DNA from: Eukaryota sp. GEM-RC1
Taxonomy: Eukaryota
Direction of reading: 5' to 3'
Length of the DNA stretch: 64,000 nt
Assembly (NCBI GenBank): GCA_040285855.1
Contig: JAUFOQ010000003.1
Span: 1,674,001-1,738,000, forward strand
The notes beneath the pieces are model-generated. The model had not been told where the DNA came from and ran no database searches. It saw nothing but the letters and a program-made list of their open reading frames with translations. The translations under genes and the position numbers were made by a program. The stretch's first letter is position 1. Each line of letters opens with the position of its first letter. Positions 11,594 through 24,439 of this stretch are shown here, piece by piece.

Positions 11594-12870
11594 CAGTGGT
11601 TGGAAAAAATATTTCTATTTAAATATTGAAATATTATTGCATAAAAATATTTATTTCTTTCCATCACATATTGAAATATCTATTTCTCAACATGACTGAT
11701 TGCAATATTTATTGTTCCTCATGATATTTATTGCAATATTTTTCTTGTTTCTATCAAATTGAAAAAAGTGCGAAACCATGTTCTCTACAATTACAGAAAA
11801 TACATTTTCTTGTATCTGGTGCTGCTTCTTACGGTCACTGAAGGTTTTTGTTTCTTCTCCTTGGTTATAGTAATGTTTCCATTATTAATCTTTATTCGGC
11901 ACCCAATAAGGTAACCTTCCTACCAAACTATGAAACTGTAAAAACAAACATATAATACAAAGATTAAATCCAAACGACTTCATCACCACCCGGTAAATGA
12001 TTACGTTTATCAACATTAACCTTCACACCAAACTTGTACAATTTCTCAATTAATCTAGATAAATAGAAGGGCATATTCCGATATATGGAAAACATTATAC
12101 GGTTTTTCCATTCAGCCATACTACACTTACGCTTCTTTTCTTTACACAATTCTTCGAAATCCTTGAAAAATTGATCACCAGCAGAACTAGTAGATCCAAA
12201 AGAGAAACAGCAAAAGGTTGAAACACAAATTTGGAATATGAGTTTCTGTTTAATTCTTCTACTTGAGAGTCATACTTGGAGTGTTTGAGCTTTTCAGCAG
12301 CTGTTGGCGGATTAAAAGAAGAATCTAATATCCTACTAACACAAGATTTGTTACAAACATCTACTGTAGTAAAATCCAATATTTTATAGTAATGTGAACA
12401 ATTTCTGAACTTTTTTCTGTTCCCTTTCGCATGACTTGAAACCACACCACGTGGCAGTGTTCTACTTCAAGCCCATGGATCCGCAGCCTGAATCAGTTCC
12501 AGCTGGCAAGGTTGCATGGCAATGTAAACACTGCACTTACAGCAACCCTTTCATCCTGTTCGTGAAGAAGCATTCCATCGACACCAACTTCCGCCCCCGT
12601 TGTTTCGGTTTTTAATACGATGTGATTCCATAAAATATATTATGATAAGTACAAAAGTATAGGTAACGTACATGTATTTACTAAATAAAGACTCTTTAGT
12701 CATACAATTCAAAGAAGAGTTGTGTCACAGAAATATTTATGGAATATTGCAATAATTGCAATATTTATTTATTAGTCAACTGTATTGCAATATTTATTGT
12801 TTGAACTGAACCTATTGAAATATTTATTGTTAGCCATGATATTTATTTAAATATTTTTTTCCAACCCCTG
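11594..12870. mobile_element. Non-autonomous hAT-type element carrying a nested LINE fragment
   Basis: TIR CAG(T/G)GGTTGGAAAAAA. Perfect TSD CCTTCGAT (11586-11593, 12871-12878). Subterminal ATTGCAATATT repeats. Confidence 0.9.
11891..12380 (-). mobile_element. RLE non-LTR retrotransposon 3' fragment, family A, nested in the hAT element
   Basis: Close reverse-complement match to 4615-5101. Confidence 0.88.
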
Positions 12871-12966
12871 CCTTCGATACAAAAACAAGACATAAATAAA
12901 GTACAAATAAATATATTAACAAAAGAAAGGGCAAAATGAAACAATAAATTACAAAAAATACTCAAC

Positions 12967-14937
12967 TCAATGCTCCTCGAATTCTTTCATTAACCCAAGC
13001 ACATACGGATCATTAGGAGACAGCACAGACGCCTTCAACAACCACGTATAAGCTTCATCATTATCCCCAACTGCCAGCTCCAATCGACATCCAGTTTTGG
13101 CAACTGCAATCTCACGAGGGTCAATCTTATGAGCCTTACGTATCAAATGACGTGCACGGTCAAACTCTTGCTGTTCTATCATACACTTCGCCAATCCAAT
13201 CAAAGCTGGACCATTCCCAGCATCAAGCGACAATCCCAGCTCATAATACTTTACTGACTCCTGAAGAACACCCGTGTTGGTGACGTCAGCTTCATAAATC
13301 AGAAACATAACATGTCCTAATTCATTTAGAACCACGACGTTCTTTGGAGCAACTTTCAACGCCCTTTTTAAGAAGGTAATTGCGTGCTTTAGACGTCCAG
13401 ACTTAACCTCAGCTGATGACAGTCCAATCAAAGCTGGCAGACAATTAGGATCAACTGCCAATGAGTTTATGAACTCTTCTTTTGATAGGGCGACGTCATC
13501 AGCTTCCACGAGCTCTAATCCCTTTGATGCAAGACAGAGAGCCTTGAAATGAGTATCTAAAGGACAAGCTGATTGTGCAGCTAATGAAAAATACTGTGCA
13601 GCTTGACCAAACTTCTTCTCTAATGAAAAGAGATTAGCTCTGGCAAAGTGAACGACGCTGTGATTGGGATAATAGAGATCAGACTGTGAAACCAATGCTC
13701 GTAATCTGGTGACGTTGTTCATTGCCCAGAAGCAGCAAGCAAGTGGTGGTATTAACTTAGTCCATGGATCTGAATGGAAAGTAACCAGAAGAATGTTGGC
13801 TGCTTCATCATATCGACATTGTTGCATTAGGGCTGTAGACTTGAGCAGAACGACATCAGCCAGTGATTGATTTGATTGAGAAAGAGAACTGATTGATTGA
13901 AGTGATTGACTATGATTATGACACGATATCGACGAGACTATGTCAGAAAACACAGACAGAGAATCTCTTTTCCTTGCATCAACAGGAACACTCCTAGGAA
14001 ACAACAAGGTCTCCCTAGTATCCGATTCAAAAGAGAACCCTGTGGAGGGAAGTCCACTGGGAGGAAGTCCCGTGGAAGGACGTAAAGTAAGGGAAGACGA
14101 CCCCTGGGAGAAGAGAGGAGTCTCCTCAAAGTCAGAGAACTGAGATCGAGCTGTTCTGTGAGTAGAACGTCTGGGGGGAGGTTGAGTGATGGGAGTGTGT
14201 GGGAGAGTTGGGGTGTTGAGATCACGGTCAGTGAGAGGATCTGGTTGAGAGGATTGGGAATGTTCAGGAGTGACTTGGTCTAGGTCAGGGGAGGACATTG
14301 GATCCTGTTGGAGGAATTCAGGGGTTTGGTCTGTGGAGGGAGTGGTTTTGATGGAAGAAAAGGCTGATCGTGATGATTTTGCAACTGGTGGTGTGAAGAG
14401 ATGACTACGAACCGTAGAAGGGCGTGATGAGGGAGGTGGAGAATTAAAAGAAGGAGGTGGTGGGATGGATCGAATGCTAGTTGTGTGTGAGGTTGAGGAA
14501 TGCGTAAGGGCACCATAATGATCAGGATTACGAACTAAAAGGTGACCAAAGATCCTATCTGCTTGATCGCCACGGCCAGTAGCTTTATAGGCTAATCCTA
14601 GAAGATATAATCCAGATTCACCATGTGGAATTCGGTCATTTATAAGACAGTTATCAAGTGATAAGGAACTTTGTAAGATAGAGATTGTTTCAGAAGGTTT
14701 GTTGGAATGGAACATACAGAGAGCGTGAAGATACCGTCCTTGTGGTGTATTTAGCTGTGCAGCCCAGTGAGATCCACGGTGGTATTCTTTGTTCATAATG
14801 AGAATATTTACTATAGAAAGAATTGAAGAGCCATCTGGATTGCAAGAATGTATTCTGAATGCATAGAAAAGAGCCAGATCATAGAAATGGTCAGCAAGGG
14901 AAGAATCCAGTGCTGATTGAAGAAAGGAGAGGTCCAT
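12967..14937 (-). CDS. CDC27: Anaphase-promoting complex subunit 3 (CDC27)-like TPR protein
   Basis: N-terminal APC3 TPR (LDSSLADHFYDLALFYAFRI, RYLHALCMF), a Ser/Pro-rich linker and a C-terminal TPR array. Confidence 0.7.
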   Translation of the reverse strand: MDLSFLQSALDSSLADHFYDLALFYAFRIHSCNPDGSSILSIVNILIMNKEYHRGSHWAAQLNTPQGRYLHALCMFHSNKPSETISILQSSLSLDNCLINDRIPHGESGLYLLGLAYKATGRGDQADRIFGHLLVRNPDHYGALTHSSTSHTTSIRSIPPPPSFNSPPPSSRPSTVRSHLFTPPVAKSSRSAFSSIKTTPSTDQTPEFLQQDPMSSPDLDQVTPEHSQSSQPDPLTDRDLNTPTLPHTPITQPPPRRSTHRTARSQFSDFEETPLFSQGSSSLTLRPSTGLPPSGLPSTGFSFESDTRETLLFPRSVPVDARKRDSLSVFSDIVSSISCHNHSQSLQSISSLSQSNQSLADVVLLKSTALMQQCRYDEAANILLVTFHSDPWTKLIPPLACCFWAMNNVTRLRALVSQSDLYYPNHSVVHFARANLFSLEKKFGQAAQYFSLAAQSACPLDTHFKALCLASKGLELVEADDVALSKEEFINSLAVDPNCLPALIGLSSAEVKSGRLKHAITFLKRALKVAPKNVVVLNELGHVMFLIYEADVTNTGVLQESVKYYELGLSLDAGNGPALIGLAKCMIEQQEFDRARHLIRKAHKIDPREIAVAKTGCRLELAVGDNDEAYTWLLKASVLSPNDPYVLGLMKEFEEH

Positions 14938-15139
14938 TTTTACTTGTAAAAAACCCCGCTTTTTTTTCAACTACTAGTACATTGTACTAGTAGTGATCAT
15001 GAGTAATGAATTCTCAAATTCAATAAACAAGAGTTAGTTCGTGGAGTTAGTTTCTACAGTGAATTCGAACGAAGAAACAACATTTATGTACCTACACTAC
15101 ACCAGGACATTCCATTTAATTTGGTCAATCAGAAAACAA

Positions 15140-15595
15140 ATGAACGCCTCGTTCATTGGTCCATGGCTATCTTGCCGAGAAGTTGTTGTGGACTTTACCA
15201 CTGTTGATCCATGTAACTCTTCGACTATTGGTAATATTTTGAATCCTTTGTTTGACCCTTTTACAGAAATAACCACTCTTAATTCAAAAAGACATCTTTC
15301 AAAATTGCATTCCAACCCTTTGCTATTTGTATGTATGGGAATTTTGGTTCTCATACCAAGGTTTTTTTGAATAATGTGTAAAAATTGTGACTAGAATTTG
15401 GGAAGAAATAGTACAGATCGTTTTAGCAGAATAGACTTGCGTTCTCGTTATTCGCTATTTTGACGGGATTTTGGCCAAGTTATACGGGAATAACTAATTA
15501 GTAGATTTGGGGAGTCCTTGTAGTACTTCTATTTAGTTTGCGTTTTTGTTAATGTTTTAGATGTGCTTTTGACCATAAAACCCCCCTTTTAATAA
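15140..15595 (+). mobile_element. Degenerate RLE non-LTR 3' fragment, family B
   Basis: FIGPWLSCREVVVDFTTVDPC matches the 36879-37982 ORF. Confidence 0.75.
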
Positions 15596-15649
15596 ACGCA
15601 TTTTATATACAATTACAAATAAAGAATATCACATAAACACTAGCACATG

Positions 15650-16400
15650 AGATACCAAAACCTCTACATCATCTCAAATTCATGTTTCAATTCAAAGAGA
15701 CTGTTTAAAGTTGAATCAAAATACCAAATCAATGATTTAAAGAGGAAAATGACAACCTCGCTCTCCAATAACATTTTTTACTGTTTTTTCCATACTGCTT
15801 ACACAATTTGCCGAAAGGCGTGAGAAAATACTATCCTTTGTTTTAATAGTGTTTATATATTTGTTGTTCTCTTATTATATGTTTTTCTCCGCAGATAAAT
15901 CCGTTTGTTTTTAATACTGTCCGAAAAAGCCAAACGTTCCGTAAAGAGAAATAGCAAAAGGATGGAAACCGGACGGATTGTGTCGACAAGACTTTGTTTT
16001 GGTAACTGAGTGACCAGAACTATGTAATTTTTTCCTTTTGCAGTTTCAAGAGTTGTATAAGTTCCGTCTAAATTTCTCTTAACAGAAGTTGAATTACAAG
16101 GATCAACCTTAGTAAAGTCCAAAATCATTTCTTATAAATGACAACCAGAAATCAATCAAATCTCATCTGCTATTATCTCCCATAATTGAGTCAGACAAAG
16201 TATTTAAATCTGGATCGATTTTTCCTTGAAAACCATTGATTTTTAACAATTCCAAACATTGATCAAGTAAACTTTTCTGAATGAGTGATCTTAAATGAAT
16301 GAACGTATGACAGTTGACCACATGATGGAAAGAGGCTAAAAATAATATCTCTTGGCAGACATTATGAAGATAAGGTAGGTGAAAATTTCCAGTTAGGCAA
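15650..16400 (-). mobile_element. Degenerate RLE non-LTR fragment, with a short family-B tail at ~15845-15912 on the + strand
   Basis: FHHVVNC..FIHLRSLI, GFQGKIDP and ILDFTKVDPC motifs. Confidence 0.65.
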
Positions 16401-16535
16401 TCTGGACTTTGAGGATATTGACTATTAGATGTATGTACATTGTAGTGTTGTTGTCTATTACTTTTAGAATAAATAAATATTTTTTAAAAGAAAGCTAAAA
16501 ATAAAAAAATTAGAGAACATTTTTGCAGTTATCAA

Positions 16536-17522
16536 CAGGGATGCCGAAAAATATATTGTATTGCAATACATATTGTGTCGGTTTCACAAGTACAATATAT
16601 TTATTGCAAGACTTCAGTTATTGCAATATATTGCAATATATTGTACAATATATTGCAATATTTCGACTCGTGTTCAGAGAACAAAGTTGTTTGCTGTGCT
16701 CTTATACTCTGTGAAACATTAGAGTACAAGTATAACAGAACTTGTGAAGAAAAACAAAAGTGTCACTTCATGTCAGAACCCACTCCAAAAACATTCGCTG
16801 GTCACTTTTGTACTTAGATCGTTAAAGAGGAATGCTACACGTTGGTCTTCTGCTGTGGCCATGATACAAAAGACAGCTACAGTACATTGAATTAAGCGTC
16901 TATGAACATTTTGGTTCTGATGTGGGAGAATGTGTTCTGTCCTTTAATCAAAATGCAACAGTGAAGGAACTATCAAAAGCTTACGAGGACTTTGAAAGCA
17001 TTACAAAGTTTTTACAGAATGAAGACACTTCCATCTTGTCTGCCAAAGCTGCTTTTACGGTTCTTCATGAAGGATATCCTTTCATGAACAACTATACCAA
17101 TTATTCACCAAACTGACTGTAGGATGTCTCAGAACAAAACTTACTTCAGAATCTTTGGAAAAACAACTCTTCCTGCTTTACAATAGATCATATTGGGATG
17201 AGAGCACCATCGAATCCATCATTTGCCATTGTCCATTTGTCCAAATTGTGGAACAATGATTCGTAGTTTTCTTTAACTGTTTTGGCTGAATAAATATTTT
17301 ACAAACACTCCCAATTTTCTTACATGAACAAATATTGGAAAAACTGAACTGGCAGCACATGATCACTGTGAAGAATTGAAAATATTGCAATATATTGCAA
17401 TATATTTATTGCGACAGGTGACAATATCAGTATATTTATTGCAATATTCGCAAACCACAAAATATTTATTGCAATGTTTAAAACGTACAATATATATTGT
17501 AATATATTTTTCGGCATCCCTG
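16536..17522 (+). mobile_element. Internally deleted hAT transposon
   Basis: TIR CAGGGATGCCGAAAAATATATT. TSD GTTATCAA/GTAATCAA. Transposase remnants RNATRWSSAVAMI and FESITKFLQNED. ATATTGCAATAT subterminal arrays. Confidence 0.9.
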
Positions 17523-18050
17523 GTAATCAAACAGATTATTAATCAGCCGATAGATCGTTTTAATAATAATTAATTACTATTATTTTGAATGGTGAAGAAG
17601 ACTTTTTCATCTGGAGCTATTCCTAAACCAAGAAACTGATGGACAATAAACAAACGCTTTAGCTCTACAGAATTTGATCACTGAACATCAGTTCGATGTC
17701 TGACAAGTATTCAACAATGTTCAAAAGGGCATTGACAAATCGTCGTTAGAAAACGATGTTGTTTCTGCAATTCAGAAGAAACATTCGTCTTTCAGATCAC
17801 CTCCCATTACTTCACTGCGTGGTAAAATTGTGATACAATTGAGGTATCTTTAGACCAGGTTATAAACACTACATTAACAGCGTATTCAACATTTATTGCA
17901 ACAAATCCGTAGTTGACAATATCAACTTAACTTAACTAAGTGAACCATAGAAGCGACGGTAGTTCCATTAATGTCTCTCTACTAACATCACTAGGTCCTC
18001 GGAAGAAAGAGGCACATTATCATATCCTTGTAATAGTACCAATCGACAAC

Positions 18051-19470
18051 TCAAAAGAAAAAATCAAACAATGTAGAATTTTCATCCAAAGCATCTTCCA
18101 GCACTGTGGCACCTTCATCCCCAACAGAATTTAGCTCAAAAGAAATATTGGTCAAAGTACAATTCACTTTTAAAGCTTCTGCCAATGCTCGAGCACCTTC
18201 ATCTCCAACAGAGTTTTCACTTAGATCAAAACGCGTAACTGTAGCGTTAACTTTCAATGAATCTGATAATGCTATGGCACCTTCATTTTCAATAGAATTT
18301 CCCCTCAGATCAACACTTGCAACTGTGGGATTAACAGTTAACATCTCTGCAAATGCTCTTGCACCATCATCTCCAATAGAGTTTTGACTCAGATCAATTG
18401 TTGTAACAGTATAATTGACTTTCAACGCTTCTGCCAACGCTCTGGCACCTTCAGCTCCGATAGAGTTGCTTCCCAATTCAACACTTGTAATTGTTTCATT
18501 AACTTTCAACGCATCTGCCAATTGTCGTGTACCTTCATCTCCAATTGAGTTTATCCGCAGATCAATATGTGTAATTGTATCATTGACTTTCAACGCATCT
18601 GCCAAATATCTAGCACCTTCAGCTCCAATGGAATTGTTCCAAAGATCAACACGTGTAACTGTATCATTAACTTTAAACACCTCTGCCAATGCCCTGGTAC
18701 CGTCAGCTCCAATAAAGTTAATCATAAGAAGAATTTCCGTTAACGTAACATTTACTTTCAATGCTTCTGCCAAAGCTCGAGCACCTTCAGCTCCAATATG
18801 GTTGTCCCTCAAATAAATAATGGTAACTTTCTTATTGACTTTCAACGCTTCTGCTAAAGCTCGAGCACCTTCAGCTCCAATATGGATGCCCAGCAGAATA
18901 ACATTTGTAACTGTAGTATTTACCTTCAACAGTTCGATCAATTTTAAAATTCTATTTTAAAAAGAAACAGAAGCACCAGCTCGAACATAAAGCTGCCTAA
19001 GTTTGGGAAAGAAAACAGAAGAATTGTTCAGAAATTCCAAGTCATTGTAATCCTCAAATTCTATTTCCAATCCAGTAATTAAGTGAGAATAACCAAGGTA
19101 TTCTTCAAGAATAAATGTATTAAGTTGATAAAGATCGTCAGGGACAAAATGAAACGTGTTTCTTTGGAAAAACACCTGTACTGCTATTAAAGAAGTCTCC
19201 AAGAAATGGTGACTTACAAAAGCGACTTTCTTAAGAAAAACAGGCAATTCTTCAAATTGTGGAAATCATGGTGGGGTATATGATAATTAATTTCCAAGGA
19301 AGGCTTTAAAACACGATTCAGCATCTGGAGATGTATCAAAACCAACACGGACTGCTGAAGACGGATACATCTGGAAGGAAGATGAGTGGATAGTGATGAG
19401 GGACAGAGTTGGACTGTGGAGAGGAGAGCATCTGTTCATCAGTGGAAGATGGGGAGACAGCAGAAGAAAC
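18051..19470 (-). CDS. RI-like LRR protein with ~10 28-aa repeats; N-terminus frameshifted, start uncertain
   Basis: Tandem repeats of the form IDLxxNSIGAEGARALAEALKVNxTVTx. Confidence 0.85.
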
Positions 19471-19639
19471 AATGTCAGTAGGGTGAGACATGTAAACAGG
19501 GAAGTTTGCTTCTTAAGTGTCTGTAAAATATGTGATTGCTATGGATGTTTGCCAAAAAAAGTGCATTTAGAGATTAACATGAAGGGAAATTAGAACAATA
19601 AAAGAGAAACAAATACGATGTTCCCTTGCCTGCTCTCCA

Positions 19640-19950
19640 ACGTACTAGACATGTTGAGTACAAATTATGTCATCTTGCAATTTGAATCTATGATCGATTT
19701 GGTAAAGATGTTCTTGGTTTTCTCTCTGATTGTGAGAAAGCTGTCAAAAAAAGCATGGTCATAAAAATTCATTTTAAGTTTTGGTTGAATCGTGTTGTCT
19801 TTACAATATTTGAAACCATTCCGATTATGATTTCGAAACCTCTATTAGCTCTTATTTTCTATGTAGAAAAATCTGATTTGAGTTTTGATGGCAATGAATG
19901 TTGCTGTAATGTTATTGAGTTCTAGTTTTGGTACTTGTCTTACTGTTTTT
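19640..19950 (+). mobile_element. RLE non-LTR 3' fragment, family C; tail interrupted by a MITE and resuming at ~20385
   Basis: HVEYKLCHLAI and FWLNRVVFTIFETIP. Colinear with 5200-5425. Confidence 0.7.
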
Positions 19951-20384
19951 TAAGGCCGTTAAAAGACACCAGGTCACAGGTCAGGTCAAAGTCTTGACCC
20001 TATCTTGATCTGACCTGTGACCCCAGTGGATGAACTGTTGTGTTATATAACTGAACTAGTGGCTGTTAAATTGTTTTTAATACTGTCAATTCAAAAGCGG
20101 ATTGTAACCACGCATTCAGACAGACAAGAACTTGGCCATCGTAAACTTGTAAAGCGTGTCATTATCACCACTGGAAGATTGTATAATCCACACATCCCAG
20201 AATAATTTGCTAGTGTATGACATTTTGATACATATTAATAGATTGGTAATATCACTCCTTGATGAGGTTAAACTAAACAACATACAGTGAGCAGAGAAGA
20301 CCTAATCTGAGGTATCTTGACCTGATCCGACACCTGACCTGACCCGAGTTCCGATGATCTTATCTTAACTTTTTAACACCCTTA
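19951..20384. mobile_element. hAT-type MITE with TGACC repeats
   Basis: Imperfect TIR TAAGG(CC/GT)GTTAAAA. GACCTGACC arrays. Degenerate TSD CTGTTTTT/CTTTTTT. An uninterrupted paralogous site is at ~5400. Confidence 0.7.
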
Positions 20385-20539
20385 CTTTTTTGTTCTATAA
20401 AATTTCTTTCGTAAAATACAGTTTTCTGTATTTATTTCAAGGTTAGCGAATGACGAATTTGTGCTCGTACTCGGTTTGTGTGCACTGAGTGCGATTTGAG
20501 TGCAATGTAACAGATTTATACTATTTTACCAATAGGTAC

Positions 20540-20825
20540 AAAAAACCATTGATGGCTCTAAAACATGTAAAATATGTTGAATACGAATTTCTGCATTTTG
20601 CTGTTGCTATTTACGGTCGCTAAGGAAAAAGTACATTGAATTTTACAAACTATGTCGGCAAAATCGTAAAACTTAGCATGAACAAACGCTTTGATCATAT
20701 GTTATGGTTGAATCGTATCACTTTTACTGTTTTTGAAACAATTCCACTGATCATCTCGAAAGCATTATTAGCTGTGAGTTCCTGTTATAAGGACGGGCGT
20801 TGTTTTAATGAAATCAAATCTTAGT
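20540..20825 (+). mobile_element. RLE non-LTR 3' fragment (family C-related)
   Basis: KPLMALKHVKYVEYE and FDHMLWLNRITFTVF. Closely similar to 57020-57310. Confidence 0.7.
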
Positions 20826-21399
20826 TGATTAGTTTATTACATTTACAATAAAGTAAATACAGTGCATGAAAAGACTCTGGGTAAATGCACCACGTTATGT
20901 ACCACTTATTCCATTTATTTTGTAAAACCACATGAATAAAACCACACCACACATCACCAGTCAACAGTAGGCACCCCTGGTCAACGCTAATGTTGATCAT
21001 TGCACCATTGTGTCACTTAAGACCCTTGGATGACAGATTTTCTTTAAGCAATCAGATTGTAGCTACTAATTGTAGTTTTATAGTAGATAAGTTGTTATAC
21101 CAAATGCAGTATGTCGTTGTGCTTCATGTTTCCTCAATTTAATGCTGAAACACTCATTGAGTCATATTGAATAGGCAGACATAATACTAATACAAGTATA
21201 CTTTAAGTTTACGTTTTATAAAGTCAAAATCAAGTTGCATTATCAGCATGAAAATGGTGGCTGGAATAAGGTTCCAAAATTGGCAAAAAAAACATTGAAC
21301 ACAAATTGAGTACGGTAACATACGGTAGTACATCTTGCAAACATGAAGCACCATTTGTAAGCTCACTAACTTTACATAACCCACACGTTTTTTGACCTG

Positions 21400-21785
21400 A
21401 TCTGTTTCAAAACTGGTTGAACTTTTAGAGTGTAAGTCATGGGCTTTGAACATGTAATAATAAGAATCACGTACACCAACAAGAATAACTGAACGCAATT
21501 GAATAAAATAACTATAATTATTTCATTTTTTTTAATTCGAAAAACACCACTAGCTCCACAAGAGCTAGTTGAACAGTTTCAGAAATTTGAATTTGCAACC
21601 CAAATAGCCAAACGAAGATACATCTTAACTATTCAGGCTTCATCATATAAATGTAATCCAAACACCTTTGGAATTTGAGAAATAAATCCAGAAGGTCCAC
21701 TATTACAACGGTCAATTAAAAAAGCAACGAACTCGGGACTATTAGTTTTAGCCAAGCTAATACGATTATTAAAGTCCAAGATTGT
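21400..21785 (-). mobile_element. Internal fragment of RLE non-LTR family A
   Basis: Matches 32770-33127. Confidence 0.8.
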
Positions 21786-21812
21786 AAACTCCTTAGTCTA
21801 TACACTTAATAG

Positions 21813-22285
21813 TATTGTTGCATGAAACGTTTCGACGTTTCCCAAGTTTCGGTTTCCGAAACGTTAATGGCTCCAAGAAAACGCATCCGAAACGTCACTA
21901 AATGTTTCCAAAACTTGATGATTACCGGTAATTTCCTGAGTATGTTCCGTTTGTTGTACATTATTGGTAATTATATGACTATTATCAATGAAATTGGATA
22001 CAGAGCAGCAAACCGCTAAAACGAAAACACTTGCTGGCATAACTGTAGTTTGTGATCCAGTTTTCTCTCTAAAGTTCATAACATTGGGAAGTACAATTCA
22101 TAACAACATGTATGACACCTGCACATACAACAAAGAACTGGTAAAATATATTATACCAAGTCAACCGGAATTTTTTCGAAGAGAGAATGTTGGTGGAGAA
22201 AAATGGAGATCTAGAACCATAAAATGACGTTTCGGAAACGTAAACGCGTTTCCACAAGAATTTTCACACGTTTCGTGCAACACTA
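21813..22285. mobile_element. hAT-type MITE with GAAACGTTTC repeats
   Basis: TIR TA(T/G)TGTTGCA(T/C)GAAACGT. TSD CTTAATAG/CTTAATAC. Confidence 0.85.
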
Positions 22286-22478
22286 CTTAATACTTAACAG
22301 TGCAAAATCGAATCCACCAACAATTATACTGGAGTACAATTAATTAACATAATCCTGACACTAGAAAACGATCTAAAGATTTGAACAGAAAAATCTTGAC
22401 ACATCTAAAAGATGAGATTTTCTCTCGATTTTTGCATGAGAGAAACCAACCCCAGCAATTTTAAAACGAATAAAAAAC

Positions 22479-22735
22479 ATGATCAGGAATCTTTGTTTTG
22501 ATCAAGAAGGAAAAGATTTCCAAGAAAAAAATAAAAAAGTAAATATACCATCAATTTGGCGTAACCGTTTGATTTTTTCTTTGTTCCATCTGGTGCCTAA
22601 GTTCTTTAAATCAATTTTCACAAAGTTGTATAAAACCTGCGGTCCTGTTGACCAGGTATTTTCTGTGTCTAGTGTTTCATAGCCTTTATTTTGATGTGTG
22701 TTTTTGTTCCCTTCATCTATAAACTGTTTTCCATG
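22479..22735 (+). mobile_element. Short RLE non-LTR 3' tail
   Basis: IWRNRLIFSLF...IFTKLYK resembles the C-termini of the other RLE copies. Confidence 0.55.
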
Positions 22736-22917
22736 TACAATACTAAATACTAAATTAAACGATCTTTATCAGAACAATTTGCTCACAAAACTACCCAAGA
22801 CTTAACTTCCCTAGTGTTACATTTCAAAAACAGTTTTAAATCCAGAGTCACGTCGGTCAACTAACCGAAATTTGAATCTAGGCACATTGCCATACTCTTC
22901 ATGTTCATGATCTATCA

Positions 22918-24439
22918 ATGTCCTCTCCTATTAATCTGATCTGTCATCTACTTCTATGTGCTCTGCTCTTTATTCAGATTATCAGTCCTGTTCAAACAAT
23001 GGTCAAGTACATATCTGATGTTACTTCCACTTTCAATGAATTCTTTCTACCAGAGGATATGCTAAACGACGAGGAACCTGACAAAGAGTTAGTGTTCTAT
23101 TTCTCATCAATTGATGAAACTGTATCAGTTATAACCACCACAGTTCACTCTTTTTATGAGTTGAACACCACTTCCTTGTCTATGTTTTATATATGTACTG
23201 AGGAACAACCACAGCTAGTATTCAATCCTTTTAGCTTTGGCTGGACAATCCCTGACGACTCCAAAACTCCGTCTGATGTTGTCCTACATCATCTTACTTC
23301 CTCCCACAACCTTTCTGTTGATGCACCTCTGGCAGACTTAACCCCTGATCTTCTTCATTTGTGTTTATTGTCCGCAAAATCAATGACAATATCATTCCGA
23401 CTGAATAACACTGAGATTACAAGCAGTGGTCCAGTTGTTAACCAGTGGCAAGTCACCCACCAGTTCTCTCTTCCCAAAGGCAGTGCTTCAGTTCGATATT
23501 CCTACGAGTATGAACGACTAGTCCTTGGATTCTTCTCTTTAGAGTCCCTCCGTATGCGACTATTCCTAGACATCTCTGTACTTCTCACCTCCCTTACTTC
23601 TCTCTTCCTCCTTGTGATTGGAAGCCAACTTCCTTTAAAAACTCTCTTTAGAGAAAGACGAACAGGGCGCCGTATTCAAGCTCTTGGCTCCACCCCTGAC
23701 TTCCTTCAACTTCTTCATCAACAACGACCTCTTCTAGGACAGATCAAAACCACTGCTCCACTCCCCCCTCCTCTCTTCTCTCTATGGTCCGTAGTCATGA
23801 TTGTGTGCTGTTGTTCAGCTGGACTAGGCTCCTTCTACGATCTAGTTGCTTGTGCTTTCAACCAAGTCTACACCGCTTCCTCTACCGTCCGTTTCCTTCA
23901 AGGTCTAGGTGCAATGACGTGCACCTGGGCACTGTGTAGTCATTACGAGACTCAAGCCAAGTTTTACCTTTTAATCACTACACTAAAACGCTCCTTTGTC
24001 CAAGCTTTCAATTGGTTCTTCTCCATCCTTCCTGTGTTCATGGGATACTCTTTCCTTGGATTTGCTCTCTTTGGGAACTACGCCCCTTGGCTTTTTTGGT
24101 ACTGTGGGTCAGTCCTCAGTTACTCTCTTTGCTGCTCTCAATGGTGATGCTGTAGCTGAGTATTATGAGGCTATCTATAAGGGGTTTCCTGTTATTAGTA
24201 GAATTTACTTTTATACTTTTATTTCGCTTTCCACGTATTGTGTTTTGAACGTGTTTAGAGTCATCATTGAACATGCTTACCATTCCACTGAATTAGCTGA
24301 AGAAAACTCTTTATACGAGGTCCCAATACCTCAACACGTGGACATGTCTAATGTTCGAAGGGTGTTGGACAAGGGGTTCGATAGAGTAAATAAGCAATGT
24401 ATGGAGAAAGTGAATAGAGGCAGACTGAAGGACGATTAG
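22918..24439 (+). CDS. Mucolipin (TRPML)/polycystin-like cation channel; one extra T at ~24092
   Basis: S1, large luminal loop, S4-S5 YLLITTLKRS..PVFMGYSFLGFALFG, pore SSVTLFAALNGD, S6 SRIYFYTFISLSTYCVLNVF. Confidence 0.8.

Noticed and set aside
18106..18816. Antisense ORFs over LRR, BspA and other genes
   Set aside because: Shadow frames of repetitive coding sequence.
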